A stretch of 62,997 bases of DNA from Promethearchaeota archaeon (GCA_048941265.1 JBHLNT010000009.1:1-62997); one strand, 5' to 3'. Counted from the first letter of the stretch, positions 10,059 through 20,509 are shown. Notes: a model not told the origin generated them from the sequence alone. Program-made: numbers and translations.

Positions 10059-10946
10059 CTAACCTATAAGTTCGTTCGGGTCAATATCTGTTTTATTAAA
10101 AGTTAATTCAATTAGTTGAGGTGGGTAATACCCTTTTACAACCTTATGAACCCATTTTACTCCTACACTTCGGAATAAATCAATTGCAATAATTAGATGG
10201 AACATCAATATCGCAGCTAATAAAGGAAAAATTATGAGAGATCCTTCCCTCCCCAATGGTGTCGTAAGAAGCAGATAGAAATTGATAATAACTGAAATCC
10301 CTGCATATCCTTTAATAAATCCAAATAATAAATCACCGACACGCTCAGTATCAACGAATTCGGATTGACCACTTATCTTTTTGATCGAAACAAGACCTGA
10401 ATCTTGAATTACAGCGCACATTGCAAACACCAAAGTTGCTATGAAAAGAGGCACCCAGTACCATATAAACATGACAAAAGCGAACATTTGACCTGTATGT
10501 GAATCAAACATTCTTTTCTTGCCTTCATCAGACAAAAATAATGTCATTAGCTCCACATTAGTCACTAAATAAATCCAAATATTTATACATAAAACTGTTG
10601 CAAAGAGTAGCTGAAGCAAATATCTCTTTCTCAAATATTTCCCAGAGCGATCGAGTTTAGCATAGCCTACAAATATTATTTTTTTAGATATCTTTGTAAA
10701 TCTACAGTATATTTTTACTACAAGGGCTCCTAATCCATAGCCTATAAAGAGAGCGAGATATGGTGCTAATATAGCTACTAACATCATTGTCATTTCTACT
10801 TGTCCTGCAGTATCCCCAAAGGGCAATGTATACAGATCGAGTTTACTATAATAATCGTTCATATTACTTATCCCAAAGGATATTAAGACTACTACTATTA
10901 GGACTAGTCCAATGATATAATATTTTAAAACTGCTTTATCAATCAT
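10059..10946 (-). CDS. Hypothetical membrane protein (~6 TM)
   Basis: 295-aa ORF with multiple hydrophobic segments; no family recognised. Confidence 0.7.
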   Translation of the reverse strand: MIDKAVLKYYIIGLVLIVVVLISFGISNMNDYYSKLDLYTLPFGDTAGQVEMTMMLVAILAPYLALFIGYGLGALVVKIYCRFTKISKKIIFVGYAKLDRSGKYLRKRYLLQLLFATVLCINIWIYLVTNVELMTLFLSDEGKKRMFDSHTGQMFAFVMFIWYWVPLFIATLVFAMCAVIQDSGLVSIKKISGQSEFVDTERVGDLLFGFIKGYAGISVIINFYLLLTTPLGREGSLIIFPLLAAILMFHLIIAIDLFRSVGVKWVHKVVKGYYPPQLIELTFNKTDIDPNELIG

Positions 10947-11004
10947 GTTGATCTATCTTATACCTTTTAAGTTAGAAAAAATAATACTTTTTAAAATAAT
11001 AATA

Positions 11005-11973
11005 TTACATATCTCTTAAAGTATCTATAAAACTATCATTTTCAATTTTCGAACCAATACTTGCTCTAATAAATTCTTTACTTAATGAATAATGAAATAA
11101 ATTCGAAACATAGATCCCTTTTTTCTCTAATTTTTGAGCTAAATCAGGAATTTTTGTTTTTATCAATAAAAAGTTTGTATAACTTGGATACACAGACATT
11201 CCTAATTCAGATAAGAGCTTCATAACCCTCTGCTTTTCTTGGTTGACTTCATTTAAAAATTCTAGCATATAATTCCTGTTCTTTAAAGCTTGAATTCCGG
11301 CAATTATACTCGGATAAGGAAGCATAATTTCAAGACCGGAAAATCTTTGTTGGGTTAATTCCCCAGCAATTAAATATCCTATTCCTGATCCAGCTAATCC
11401 AAAAGATTTAGATAAGGTCCTTGAAATCGCTAAATTCGGATAATCTTTTATTAAATTAGCAAAACCTACGTTAGAAAATTCGAAGTATGCCTCGTCAACT
11501 AATAAAATTACATTTTCATTCTCCAATATTATTTTCACATCTTTTTCATCTAAGAGCAAATTCCCGGTAGGATTATTTGGATTATCTATGACCATCAATG
11601 TCGGTTTTTTTATCTCATCAACTATTGGTTCCAAGGGGAAATTAAATTCTGGTTCCTTCAGGCGAACTTTTAATATATGAGAAGATGTTTTTTGAGCTGC
11701 ATTAGAAATTAAGAAAAAAGTCGGATCTGCGATAATTATTTGCCGTCCTCTCGAAAAAAGATAAATAAACTCCTTAATCAAAATATCTGAGCCTGAACAT
11801 AATATTAAAGATTCTGGAGGTATGTTTGCATAATCAGATAGTAAATCAATAAATTTAGTTACCTCATTTTGAGGGGTATAGCGATTGAGTTGTCCAATGC
11901 TAAGTTTTACTTTTTCAATAATCTCTATTGGGGGAGGATTAGGCATTTCATTTTTATCAAGTCTAATTTGCAT
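11005..11973 (-). CDS. PLP-dependent class I/II aminotransferase, histidinol-phosphate aminotransferase (HisC)/CobD-like
   Basis: LDKNE, NRY, NPNNPTG, VDEAY, RTLSKSFGLAG (PLP lysine), NFLL. Confidence 0.85.
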   Translation of the reverse strand: MQIRLDKNEMPNPPPIEIIEKVKLSIGQLNRYTPQNEVTKFIDLLSDYANIPPESLILCSGSDILIKEFIYLFSRGRQIIIADPTFFLISNAAQKTSSHILKVRLKEPEFNFPLEPIVDEIKKPTLMVIDNPNNPTGNLLLDEKDVKIILENENVILLVDEAYFEFSNVGFANLIKDYPNLAISRTLSKSFGLAGSGIGYLIAGELTQQRFSGLEIMLPYPSIIAGIQALKNRNYMLEFLNEVNQEKQRVMKLLSELGMSVYPSYTNFLLIKTKIPDLAQKLEKKGIYVSNLFHYSLSKEFIRASIGSKIENDSFIDTLRDM

Positions 11974-12032
11974 TTAGCACACCTTTTTAAATTTTCAGAA
12001 ATGTTTTTTTTATTTGTGATTACACATTTACT

Positions 12033-13304
12033 CTATACTATTCTTTTTTTCAATACCATCTCTTCATATTTTTCAATCTCTTTAATCCATTCTTTTCCAA
12101 TCGGAACATTATTTTTAAAACAAAAATAGTCCCAAACAGCTCCAAATGGTAGAGTTTTTAACTCTTCTAAAAGAGAAAGTCGCTGGAAGTATTTAGCATT
12201 TTCTTCGTAGTCTTTTAAAATTTTAATTGGTTGTAAAAGAGCATATAATAATGCTTTTTGTACGGCTCTGGCTCCAATCACCCATGCGCCAATACGATTG
12301 ATTGAGGCATCGAAAAAATCTAAAGCAAAATGAATCCTATCTGTAGCTTGGCTTCTTATTACTTCTTCATATAACTGTATCAAATCATCACTGACAATAA
12401 CCACATGATCGCTGTCCCATCGCAATCCACGACTAATGTGGAGCATCAATTCGGGAATAAATGGTAATATCGCTGAAATTTTATCCGCTATTGATTCAGT
12501 GGGATGAAAATGACCTGTATCTATGGTTAACATCATTTTACGAGAAATAGCATAACTCAAATAAAAGTCATGGCTTCCTACTACAAAAGCTTCGCTGCCA
12601 ATCCCAAATAATTTTCCTTCAATAGAATCTTTCATTAAATTGGATGAAAATTTCTTTTTAAAAATTTCATCGAGAGATTCTTTTAATAATTGTCTGTGTC
12701 CCATACGATCAACAGGGATATCTTTGGAACCGTCAGGAATCCAAATATTTTGAATACATGAATCACCCAGTTGTTTTCCGATTTCAGCGCTAATTTCTCT
12801 ACATCTATTTACGTGTTCAATCCAGAATTCTCTTATCTCTTTAGATTTACTACTTAAAGTAAACCCATTATCGGCATTTGGATGGGAAAAAAGCGTACTA
12901 TTGAAATCTATTTTTAAGTTGTTATTTTTAGCCCAATCAATCCATCCTTGATAAAATTCGGATTTAATTTCGTTTCGTTCTATAAATTTTCCTCCAAAAT
13001 CTCCATAAATTGAATGTAAATTCACACGATGGCTCTCTCCTGGAATTAGAGAAATGGCCTTTTCAAGGTCTTGCTGTAATTCCTGGATTGTCCTAGCTTT
13101 ACCCGGATAATTTCCTGTTGCGAGAATACCCCCGCCAGATAATCCTGCATCAGTTCTTTCAAATCCGCCAACATCATCACCTTGCCAACAATGAATCGAA
13201 AGTGATACTTTTTTTAGTTTATTTAAAATTTCCTCGGTATTTATTCCATATTCGAAATATCTTTTCTCAGCAAGTTTATATGATTTTTCAATAAATTCTT
13301 CCAT
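12033..13304 (-). CDS. rhaA: L-rhamnose isomerase
   Basis: SIHCWQGDDVGGFE, TGNYPGKAR, VNLHSIY, WIPDGSKD, GHFHPTE, RWDSDH, DFFDASINR are characteristic of RhaA. Confidence 0.95.
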   Translation of the reverse strand: MEEFIEKSYKLAEKRYFEYGINTEEILNKLKKVSLSIHCWQGDDVGGFERTDAGLSGGGILATGNYPGKARTIQELQQDLEKAISLIPGESHRVNLHSIYGDFGGKFIERNEIKSEFYQGWIDWAKNNNLKIDFNSTLFSHPNADNGFTLSSKSKEIREFWIEHVNRCREISAEIGKQLGDSCIQNIWIPDGSKDIPVDRMGHRQLLKESLDEIFKKKFSSNLMKDSIEGKLFGIGSEAFVVGSHDFYLSYAISRKMMLTIDTGHFHPTESIADKISAILPFIPELMLHISRGLRWDSDHVVIVSDDLIQLYEEVIRSQATDRIHFALDFFDASINRIGAWVIGARAVQKALLYALLQPIKILKDYEENAKYFQRLSLLEELKTLPFGAVWDYFCFKNNVPIGKEWIKEIEKYEEMVLKKRIV

Positions 13305-13357
13305 AATTTCTCATCTTATTCTTTAATTTATCAATTTTTTTAAAGAAATGGTCTCAT

Positions 13358-14854
13358 TTAACAAGTTAAAGATGTTTTTTCTAAAAAGATCTTAAAATAT
13401 TTTTTCCATTCATCGACTTTTTTCGGGAAATACTCTTTTATTTGAAAAGATTTTCTAATAATTTCTTTTAATTCTTTTATATCCTTAATCTCACCTAATG
13501 CAAGTGCTTGAACAAGAACATTACCAATCGCAGTAGCTTCAGCGGGACCAGCTATGACGGGGACATTTAAGGCATTAGCTGTAAACTGATTTAATAACTT
13601 ATCTCTGCTCCCTCCTCCAATAATATGAACCACCTTAATTTTTTCTTCTAAAATATCTTCTAAATTTAATACCGCTCTCTTATAATTAAAAGCCATGCTT
13701 TCGTAAATAGTTCTTGCGATTTCTCCAATAGATTTGGGTATTTCTTGATTATATTTTCTACAATAGTTCTTGATTTCATCAATCATATTTTGAGGATTTA
13801 AGAAACAGAGATCATCGGGATTTATGAAAGAATTAAATTGTGGTGCAGCTTTAGCCTGTTTTTCAATCTCATCCCATTTTAAATTCATATCATTTTTATT
13901 CCATTGCTTTTTACATTCTTGAATGAGCCACAATCCAGTGAGATTTTTAAGAAAACGACTTGTTTTATTAATCCCTCCCTCATTTGTGTAATTATGCTGT
14001 ATGGCTTTTTTATTTATCAAAGGTTTTTCTAATTCAACTCCTAATAGACTCCAAGTTCCAGAGCTAATATATGCCCAATCTCCTTGATTTTGCTTATCTC
14101 TATCTACTGGAATTGCAGCAATCGCAGATCCCGTATCATGACATAATGGAGCAATAATTAGTGTATTTTGGGATATTCCCGTTTCCTCTGCTATCTCTTT
14201 TTGAATAGGTCCTAAAATGGTACCAGGGTCTTTGATTTCACAAAACCATTCTTTCTTCAAACCTATTTTTTTAATTAAATCATAAGCCCAATTTTTCTCT
14301 ATGGGATTAAACAATTGGGATGTAGTAGCATCAGAATATTCGGAACATTTAACTCCTGATAATAAAAAGTTAAAATAATCTGGAATCATCAAAAATGTCT
14401 TCGTTATTTCTAGTTCGGGGCAATTATTATGCACCATTGAAAATAATTGGGTCGAAGTATTGATGGGCATAAACTGAATGCCAGTTTGATTAAAGATTTC
14501 TTCTTTAGGGATTTTCTGGAATAATTTCTCTAATATACCATTCGTTCTATTGTCTCGATAGGTATGAACGGGACCTGCAAGCTCATCGCGTTCATTCAAA
14601 AGAACGAAATCTACCCCCCAAGTATCTAAACCTATAGATTCCAATTCAGAACCATATTTTTTAACGTATTCCAATATTCCACTTTTGATTTCTTGAAAGA
14701 GTTTTAAGATATCCCAATACAATGAATCAAAAACTTGTATTCCGCCATTGGGAAATCGATATATCTCATCTAATTTTAATACGCCATTTTCAATTTTCCC
14801 CACAATTGCTCTTCCAGAACTGGCTCCCAGATCAAATGCTAAATATTTTTTCAA
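13358..14854 (-). CDS. rhaB: Rhamnulokinase (FGGY family)
   Basis: AFDLGASSGR, DTWGVDF, YRDNRT, HDTGSA, SSGTWSL, TNEGG, GPAEATAIGN; immediately upstream of rhaA. Confidence 0.92.
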   Translation of the reverse strand: MKKYLAFDLGASSGRAIVGKIENGVLKLDEIYRFPNGGIQVFDSLYWDILKLFQEIKSGILEYVKKYGSELESIGLDTWGVDFVLLNERDELAGPVHTYRDNRTNGILEKLFQKIPKEEIFNQTGIQFMPINTSTQLFSMVHNNCPELEITKTFLMIPDYFNFLLSGVKCSEYSDATTSQLFNPIEKNWAYDLIKKIGLKKEWFCEIKDPGTILGPIQKEIAEETGISQNTLIIAPLCHDTGSAIAAIPVDRDKQNQGDWAYISSGTWSLLGVELEKPLINKKAIQHNYTNEGGINKTSRFLKNLTGLWLIQECKKQWNKNDMNLKWDEIEKQAKAAPQFNSFINPDDLCFLNPQNMIDEIKNYCRKYNQEIPKSIGEIARTIYESMAFNYKRAVLNLEDILEEKIKVVHIIGGGSRDKLLNQFTANALNVPVIAGPAEATAIGNVLVQALALGEIKDIKELKEIIRKSFQIKEYFPKKVDEWKKYFKIFLEKTSLTC

Positions 14855-14941
14855 TGATTAATCTCACTTTCTAATATATTATAAAGAATTTTATCGATTC
14901 ATTATTTATATTTTTTCTATTTCATTACTTAATACTTATAT

Positions 14942-15163
14942 TCAGTCCTCGATTTTGCTTAATACAACTCAATAATTATTAAGAGCCGTTGCTCTTCATA
15001 CCGATAAAAGATCTATAGTTAAGACATTAACATTTCCTCCTTTATCAATACAGGTTTCATCAGGATTTTTAACATGAAGTCTCAGGCGGCACCATCCACC
15101 GCAGTCGAATACTGATTTAGCTCGTACTATATTATTCTTTGAATTGAATTCTTGATTCTGAAT
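14942..15163 (-). pseudogene. Internally deleted remnant of a DmsA-like molybdopterin oxidoreductase gene
   Basis: Minus-strand translation NNIVRAKSVFDCGGWCRLRLHVKN-PDETCIDKGGNVNVLTIDLLSV*RATALNNY*VVLSKIED* joins the N-terminal (IVRSTAAFDCGGRCPIKFHVKD) and C-terminal (PDEEGIDRGGCVNTLT...VQVSK) ends of the intact 17442-19691 protein; two internal stops. Confidence 0.85.
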
Positions 15164-15410
15164 TGTAAACTTTTTAAAAAAATTGATTTTCTTTTAATAA
15201 AACGATTTATACTTATTACATTAAATTTCTCTTCTGATAAAAGTAATTATTTTTTTAGTTATCAGGGATGATTCAAAGGCAATTTTTTAATTATGTTAAA
15301 TACAGTTTTTTTTTAAGCCTAAGTTGATAATTAAAGATTTAAATATTGTTAACATCTAATTTGTTAATATATTTAATTTTAAAAAAAGTAGACAATAGAA
15401 AGGATTGAAT

Positions 15411-16826
15411 ATGAGTGTTATTGAAGAATTTGAAGAGAAACTTCCAAGAAGTTCAAAAATGGCATTTGGAGGTGCTCAATTAGCAGGCAGCATCTTAGGA
15501 AATATTTCAATGGTCGCAATAACATATTACTACAACATTATCTTAGGGCTATCAGCAGCATGGATTTCCATAGGATGGGTGATTTTCTTGGTATGGAATA
15601 CTCTCAATGATCCAATAATAGGATATTTAGAAGATAGAATACACAGCGAAAAATATGGAAGAAGAATTCCCGTGATTCGATTTGGTGCTCCATTTTTTAC
15701 ACTAACTTTTATTATATGTTGGATCCCATTAGTCGATATTAACGATCAATTTGCCCTCTTCCTTTATTTCGTATTTGTTCTCTTTGCAATTGATACAATG
15801 ATAACAATTATATTGATGATAACTTGGCTCCTTCCAGCTGAAATGGCCATATCCTCTAAAGCTCGTGGTAACTTAATGACTTATGGAGGTGTTGCCTCTA
15901 CTATTGCTAGTTTTCTTTCACTGGCTATACCTATTCTTTTATTTACTGGAACGGAAGAAAAAGGGATTAATCTTGATATTATAGTATTAATGACTATTAT
16001 TGGTATTATTTGTGGAATAATCTTATTCGTAAGTTCATATTACCTAACAGAAAATAAATTTACGGTAATGGAAGAACCTATGGGATTCATTGAAAGTATT
16101 AAAACCACATTTAAAAATAGGGCTTTTAATTTGTATTTGATTCCTTATTTCTGCTTCTATTTTGCTCAACAAATACTCGGTACTGCTGTCTTTTACTATA
16201 TTGATTTTGTACTTCAAGTCGGAGGACTCTTAGCTCTACTCCCGATCGTTGTATTCTTTTTGATGCTTATTTTGTTCCTTCCTATTTGGAATAAAGTCGT
16301 ATCAAAAATAGGTCTTAAAAATGCGTTTATGACCTCCCTTATCATATTAGGGATTGGTTTTACATCATTTATACTAATAGGTTGGGTCTATATCACCGCG
16401 TTCATTGGTTTAATGGCATTAGGAGCCGCATTTTCAGGTTTTTATCTCATGGTACAGATGGTTTTTGGGGATGTGGTAGATTACGATGAACTAAAGACTG
16501 GTAAAAGGAGGGAAGCAACTTATGCCGGTATAGAAGCACTTGTGCAGAAACCAGCTATATCTATCGCACCAGCTGTTTTTATATGGGTAGTTTTAGCCTT
16601 TGGATTTAATGAACATGCTTCAACACAAACAGCTAACGCTCAACTCGGTATAATGCTGGCTTTTACTGTTATTCCAGGAATAGTACTTTTAATCGGCGGG
16701 CTCTGCGTTAAATTTTATCCTCTGGGAGGCCCAGAGTGGATGAAACAAAAAGAAGAATTAAAAAAAATACATGAAGAAAAAGAAGCGAAATATCTACAAA
16801 CACTTAAAGAAAAAGGAGTAATTTGA
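15411..16826 (+). CDS. MFS transporter, glycoside-pentoside-hexuronide (MelB-like) family
   Basis: WNTLNDPIIGYLED, GRRIP, DVVDYDELKTGKRREATY; about 12 TM. Confidence 0.9.
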   Translation: MSVIEEFEEKLPRSSKMAFGGAQLAGSILGNISMVAITYYYNIILGLSAAWISIGWVIFLVWNTLNDPIIGYLEDRIHSEKYGRRIPVIRFGAPFFTLTFIICWIPLVDINDQFALFLYFVFVLFAIDTMITIILMITWLLPAEMAISSKARGNLMTYGGVASTIASFLSLAIPILLFTGTEEKGINLDIIVLMTIIGIICGIILFVSSYYLTENKFTVMEEPMGFIESIKTTFKNRAFNLYLIPYFCFYFAQQILGTAVFYYIDFVLQVGGLLALLPIVVFFLMLILFLPIWNKVVSKIGLKNAFMTSLIILGIGFTSFILIGWVYITAFIGLMALGAAFSGFYLMVQMVFGDVVDYDELKTGKRREATYAGIEALVQKPAISIAPAVFIWVVLAFGFNEHASTQTANAQLGIMLAFTVIPGIVLLIGGLCVKFYPLGGPEWMKQKEELKKIHEEKEAKYLQTLKEKGVI

Positions 16827-16873
16827 AGATAAAATTATTTTTTCCATTTTTTTAAATTTAATTTACATATTTT

Positions 16874-17440
16874 TCACTTGTTTTTCCAGACTTTAGGTTT
16901 GAAGATTATTGCTGGCTTTGTCCTTTCAGAGTATAAATAATTATCAGCTTCTTTAACACTTCCATATTCTTTCTTTAGCTCTTCCAAATTACCGGCGTAG
17001 AGCGCTCTAGGTCGGCATGTTTCAACACATACAGGAATTTTATTATCTAAAAACCTATCTAAGCAGAAGTTACATTTTCGCATCTTAGCTCCTTTTTCAG
17101 GTCCAAATTGCGGTGCATTATAAGGGCAGGCTTTTAAGCATTTAGAATCACATTCTTCATTACCCAGACATTTTTCACTATCTACTATAACGATCCCGTC
17201 TTCTTCTCTCTTGGAAATGGCTTTTACAGGACAAACTGGAATGCAAACAGGGTCTTCACAGTGATAGCAAGGTCTTACCAGATAGCTAACGAAGACATCT
17301 GGGGTTTTTCCTTGCTCATTATAAAGTATGTTCATCCAAAATTCTGGACCGGCAGCTATATCATGCCAGTCTTTACATGCGACTATGCAAGCTTTACAGC
17401 CAATGCATCGAGTTTGATCAAAATAGAAACCGACTTGCAT
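16874..17440 (-). CDS. dmsB: DMSO reductase iron-sulfur subunit (DmsB-like)
   Basis: GFYFDQTRCIGCKACIVACKD, CYHCEDPVC..VCP, KCNFC..R, CVETC; adjacent to the DmsA-like gene. Confidence 0.88.
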   Translation of the reverse strand: MQVGFYFDQTRCIGCKACIVACKDWHDIAAGPEFWMNILYNEQGKTPDVFVSYLVRPCYHCEDPVCIPVCPVKAISKREEDGIVIVDSEKCLGNEECDSKCLKACPYNAPQFGPEKGAKMRKCNFCLDRFLDNKIPVCVETCRPRALYAGNLEELKKEYGSVKEADNYLYSERTKPAIIFKPKVWKNK

Positions 17441-17441
17441 G

Positions 17442-19691
17442 CTAATTCACCTCAGGTTTCTCTTTACTTACTTGAACAAGACAGTTCTTCAAACAAGAAG
17501 CCCCATCTAGGCCGTAAGCATTCTTAGTTAATGTATTCACACATCCCCCCCTATCAATGCCCTCTTCATCCGGAGTATACCAAGCACCTTCATGGATCGA
17601 AATAACTCCTGGGATTATCCGTTCCGTGACCCATGCTTCAATCGAGATTATTCCTCGATCATTATGCACATATATCAAATCTCCCGTTTTAATGCCTCTA
17701 GATTCAGCATCAACAGAATTTATCCAACATTTATGAGGATCAACTTCCTTGAGCCATTCTACATGATACAATTCGGAATGAACTCTATTCTTAGGATGAG
17801 GAGAAATCATTTGTAATGGATATTTTTCAGTCAAGGGATCAAATTTACCCTCCCAGATATGTATATATTTAGGAATGGGGGCCATATTGGGATCATTTAC
17901 TTCAGCAACTTTTTGCGAATATATTTCAATCTTTCCAGAAGGTGTATTGAAAGGATTATTTTCAGGATCTTCAATTTGTTTTTTAAACGCAACATATGGT
18001 TCGTCTAATTCAACCCTCCAAATTCCATCCTCTTTATATTTATCATAATCTGTAATATATTTTTTGATATCTCTTGTATTTCTCCAAAACTTTTTTAATT
18101 GTCTCTCTTCATTAGTTTTGGAAAATTTTTCTATTCCTAACTTATCGGCTAGTAATTCAGCTATTTCAAGGTCAGATTTACACTCACCAACAGGTTCAAT
18201 TGCCCTATTCATGAATCCAAAATATGGTCCAGAGGGCCAAGGTCGGGTTAAATCTGATCTTTCAGCAAAACTGGTTACTGGTAATATTATATCTGCATAT
18301 CTAGCTGTGGGTGTCATGAATAATTCCGCACTCACCATGTACTCAAGTTTTTTTAATGCTTTTGCATTATGATTGCTATTGCCTAACTGGTTTAAAAAGT
18401 TGTTGTTACAAAACCAACCAAATTTGATGTCATAAGGGTATCCTCCTTTCTTGCCTTCCAAAATCTGGTCAAACATTTTGTTAGTATGAACTCTCGTAAT
18501 TAAACGATGAGTTAAATTTACTGATCCCCTAACGGAAACTTTATTTGGATGGTTTTCTTCAACTGGATTTCTGCTTGGTGGCAAAATGAACGGTCCAAAA
18601 AACATATGGGCAATTGGAATACCCATTAATCCTCCACAAGCTGACCCTCCGTGTTTTCCAATATTGCCGGTCATTGCGGATAATGTTATCGCACCCCTAT
18701 TATACTGTCCACCCATAGCGCTTCTGGCAGGCCCTTGACAGTCCATTAACGCAGCAGGTTTAGTGGTTGCATATTCTCTTGCTAATTCTCTAATCATTTC
18801 TGCAGGCACTTGGCAGATTTTTTCGGCCCATTCGGGTGTTTTTTCTATACCATCTTCCTGTCCCATCACGTAATCCCTATATTTATCAAACCCAAAAGTG
18901 TATTTGTCCAGGAAAGCTTGATCCTGAAGGTTTTCTTTTAAAATTATATTAGCCATGGCTGCCATTATTGCCACATCGGTACCAGGTATAATAGGAATCC
19001 ACGTGTCAGCTACTACAACATCAGTATCAGAATAACGGGGATTAATACTAATGACTTTAGCACCTTTTTCATGTGCTTTAACAAGATTATACATAGCATC
19101 TGTTCCAGAATTCATTCTTGCTGGATCCCACCCCCAGAGTATTATTAGTTTTGAATTTAACATGTCATCACGAGAATGTCCAACGAAAGGTGAGCCATAT
19201 GTTGCTTGGGTGGCCCATACACAACCCTCAGAGGATACATTGCCATGATTAGACGAATATCCACCTAGATGTGTAAAAAGCCTCACCATTGCAGGTAGAC
19301 CATTATGAAGAGCGCCAAGATAACCGCCCCCAAACGGTAAAAAAATGGCTTCGTTTCCATAGTTTTCTATAGTATATTTAATTTTTTCGGCAATTTCATT
19401 CAAGGCTTCATCCCACGAGATACGTTCAAACTTGCCTTCTCCTTTAGGTCCCACTCGTTTCAGTGGATATCTTAGCCTCTCTGGATGATAAATATGTTGT
19501 CGAAGAGCCCTGCATTTTACGCAAGTTCTAAGTTGATTCTCTTCACCAACAAGATCATCACCGTCGATGCGGATAATTTTGCTATCTTTCACATGAAATT
19601 TAATAGGGCATCTCCCACCACAATCAAATGCAGCGGTACTTCTGACGATTTTTATATCATCGTTATTTAAATTTGTATTTTCATTCCGCAT
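17442..19691 (-). CDS. Molybdopterin oxidoreductase catalytic subunit, DmsA-like, no Tat signal
   Basis: DCGGRCP, RLRYPLKRVG..GEGKFERISWDEA, HGNVSS (Ser ligand position), KTPEWA, TPTARYADIILP, TPSGKIEIYS, RVHS, GAWY.PD...DRGGCVN; ATG 19691 behind an AGGTGA SD. Confidence 0.9.
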   Translation of the reverse strand: MRNENTNLNNDDIKIVRSTAAFDCGGRCPIKFHVKDSKIIRIDGDDLVGEENQLRTCVKCRALRQHIYHPERLRYPLKRVGPKGEGKFERISWDEALNEIAEKIKYTIENYGNEAIFLPFGGGYLGALHNGLPAMVRLFTHLGGYSSNHGNVSSEGCVWATQATYGSPFVGHSRDDMLNSKLIILWGWDPARMNSGTDAMYNLVKAHEKGAKVISINPRYSDTDVVVADTWIPIIPGTDVAIMAAMANIILKENLQDQAFLDKYTFGFDKYRDYVMGQEDGIEKTPEWAEKICQVPAEMIRELAREYATTKPAALMDCQGPARSAMGGQYNRGAITLSAMTGNIGKHGGSACGGLMGIPIAHMFFGPFILPPSRNPVEENHPNKVSVRGSVNLTHRLITRVHTNKMFDQILEGKKGGYPYDIKFGWFCNNNFLNQLGNSNHNAKALKKLEYMVSAELFMTPTARYADIILPVTSFAERSDLTRPWPSGPYFGFMNRAIEPVGECKSDLEIAELLADKLGIEKFSKTNEERQLKKFWRNTRDIKKYITDYDKYKEDGIWRVELDEPYVAFKKQIEDPENNPFNTPSGKIEIYSQKVAEVNDPNMAPIPKYIHIWEGKFDPLTEKYPLQMISPHPKNRVHSELYHVEWLKEVDPHKCWINSVDAESRGIKTGDLIYVHNDRGIISIEAWVTERIIPGVISIHEGAWYTPDEEGIDRGGCVNTLTKNAYGLDGASCLKNCLVQVSKEKPEVN

Positions 19692-19873
19692 TAAATTCAC
19701 CTAAATTGTCGATATTTCATTCTAAGATATAATCTTTTTTTAAATATCATTTCTAATCTAATTTCTAATATTAACTTATTATTCTAAAATAAATTAAAGA
19801 TTTGCTCTTTTATTGAAAAGGTAATAAGTTGATTTTGAAAATAAGAAAAAATAAGATAAGAAGAATAGATAAG

Positions 19874-20509
19874 TTAAATTCCAGCTAAGTTTTTAATATG
19901 GTTAATACCTTTTATCGTGTCTTCAGCAAAATCATCTGCTCCAAATTGTTTAGCTAAATCCATACTTAAAGGAGCCCCACCGACGATTAACTTCACTTTA
20001 TCTCGCAGTCCAGCAGCTTTTAGAGCTTCATGCACCACTTCAATTTGTGGTACTGTCATACTTAAAAGTGAACTTAAACCAACAATAGTCGCACCAGTTT
20101 CTTTTATTTTAGCTACAATCATTTCAGCATCAACATCTTTCCCCAAATCATATACTTCAAATCCTTCACTCATTAATAGAATTCCAAGTAAATTTTTACC
20201 GATATCATGGTTATCACCCTTAACAGTAGCAATAATAACTTTAACCTTTTCTTTAACTTTTTCGGATGAGGCTAACTTTGGCTTCAACACCTCCAAAGCA
20301 ACCTTCATAGTCTCTGCTGCTAGCATTAAATCCGCTAAATAATAAATCTCATCATCATATCGACGACCAACTTCATCCATTCCTGCCGTAAGTGCAGACA
20401 AAACGTCAAATGGATCTTTTCCATCAACATCAAGGGCTTCTTTTACAGCATCTACAATATCATCTAACTCCAATTCTACAATAAGTTCTGTTAATTGTTC
20501 ATAATCCAT
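19874..20509 (-). CDS. Corrinoid (B12-binding) methyltransferase partner protein, MtbC/MttC/MtaC-like
   Basis: B12 cap domain (LTAGMDEVG), GDNHDIGKN (DxHxxG), GLSSLL, IVGGAP. Confidence 0.92.
   Translation of the reverse strand: MDYEQLTELIVELELDDIVDAVKEALDVDGKDPFDVLSALTAGMDEVGRRYDDEIYYLADLMLAAETMKVALEVLKPKLASSEKVKEKVKVIIATVKGDNHDIGKNLLGILLMSEGFEVYDLGKDVDAEMIVAKIKETGATIVGLSSLLSMTVPQIEVVHEALKAAGLRDKVKLIVGGAPLSMDLAKQFGADDFAEDTIKGINHIKNLAGI

Noticed and set aside
14960-15000. In-frame TGA codons next to a small hairpin (AAGAGC-CGTT-GCTCTT) as possible selenocysteine recoding
   Set aside because: The TGAs align to Asp and Leu, not Cys, of the intact DmsA; they lie in a deleted remnant and no SECIS-like core is visible.
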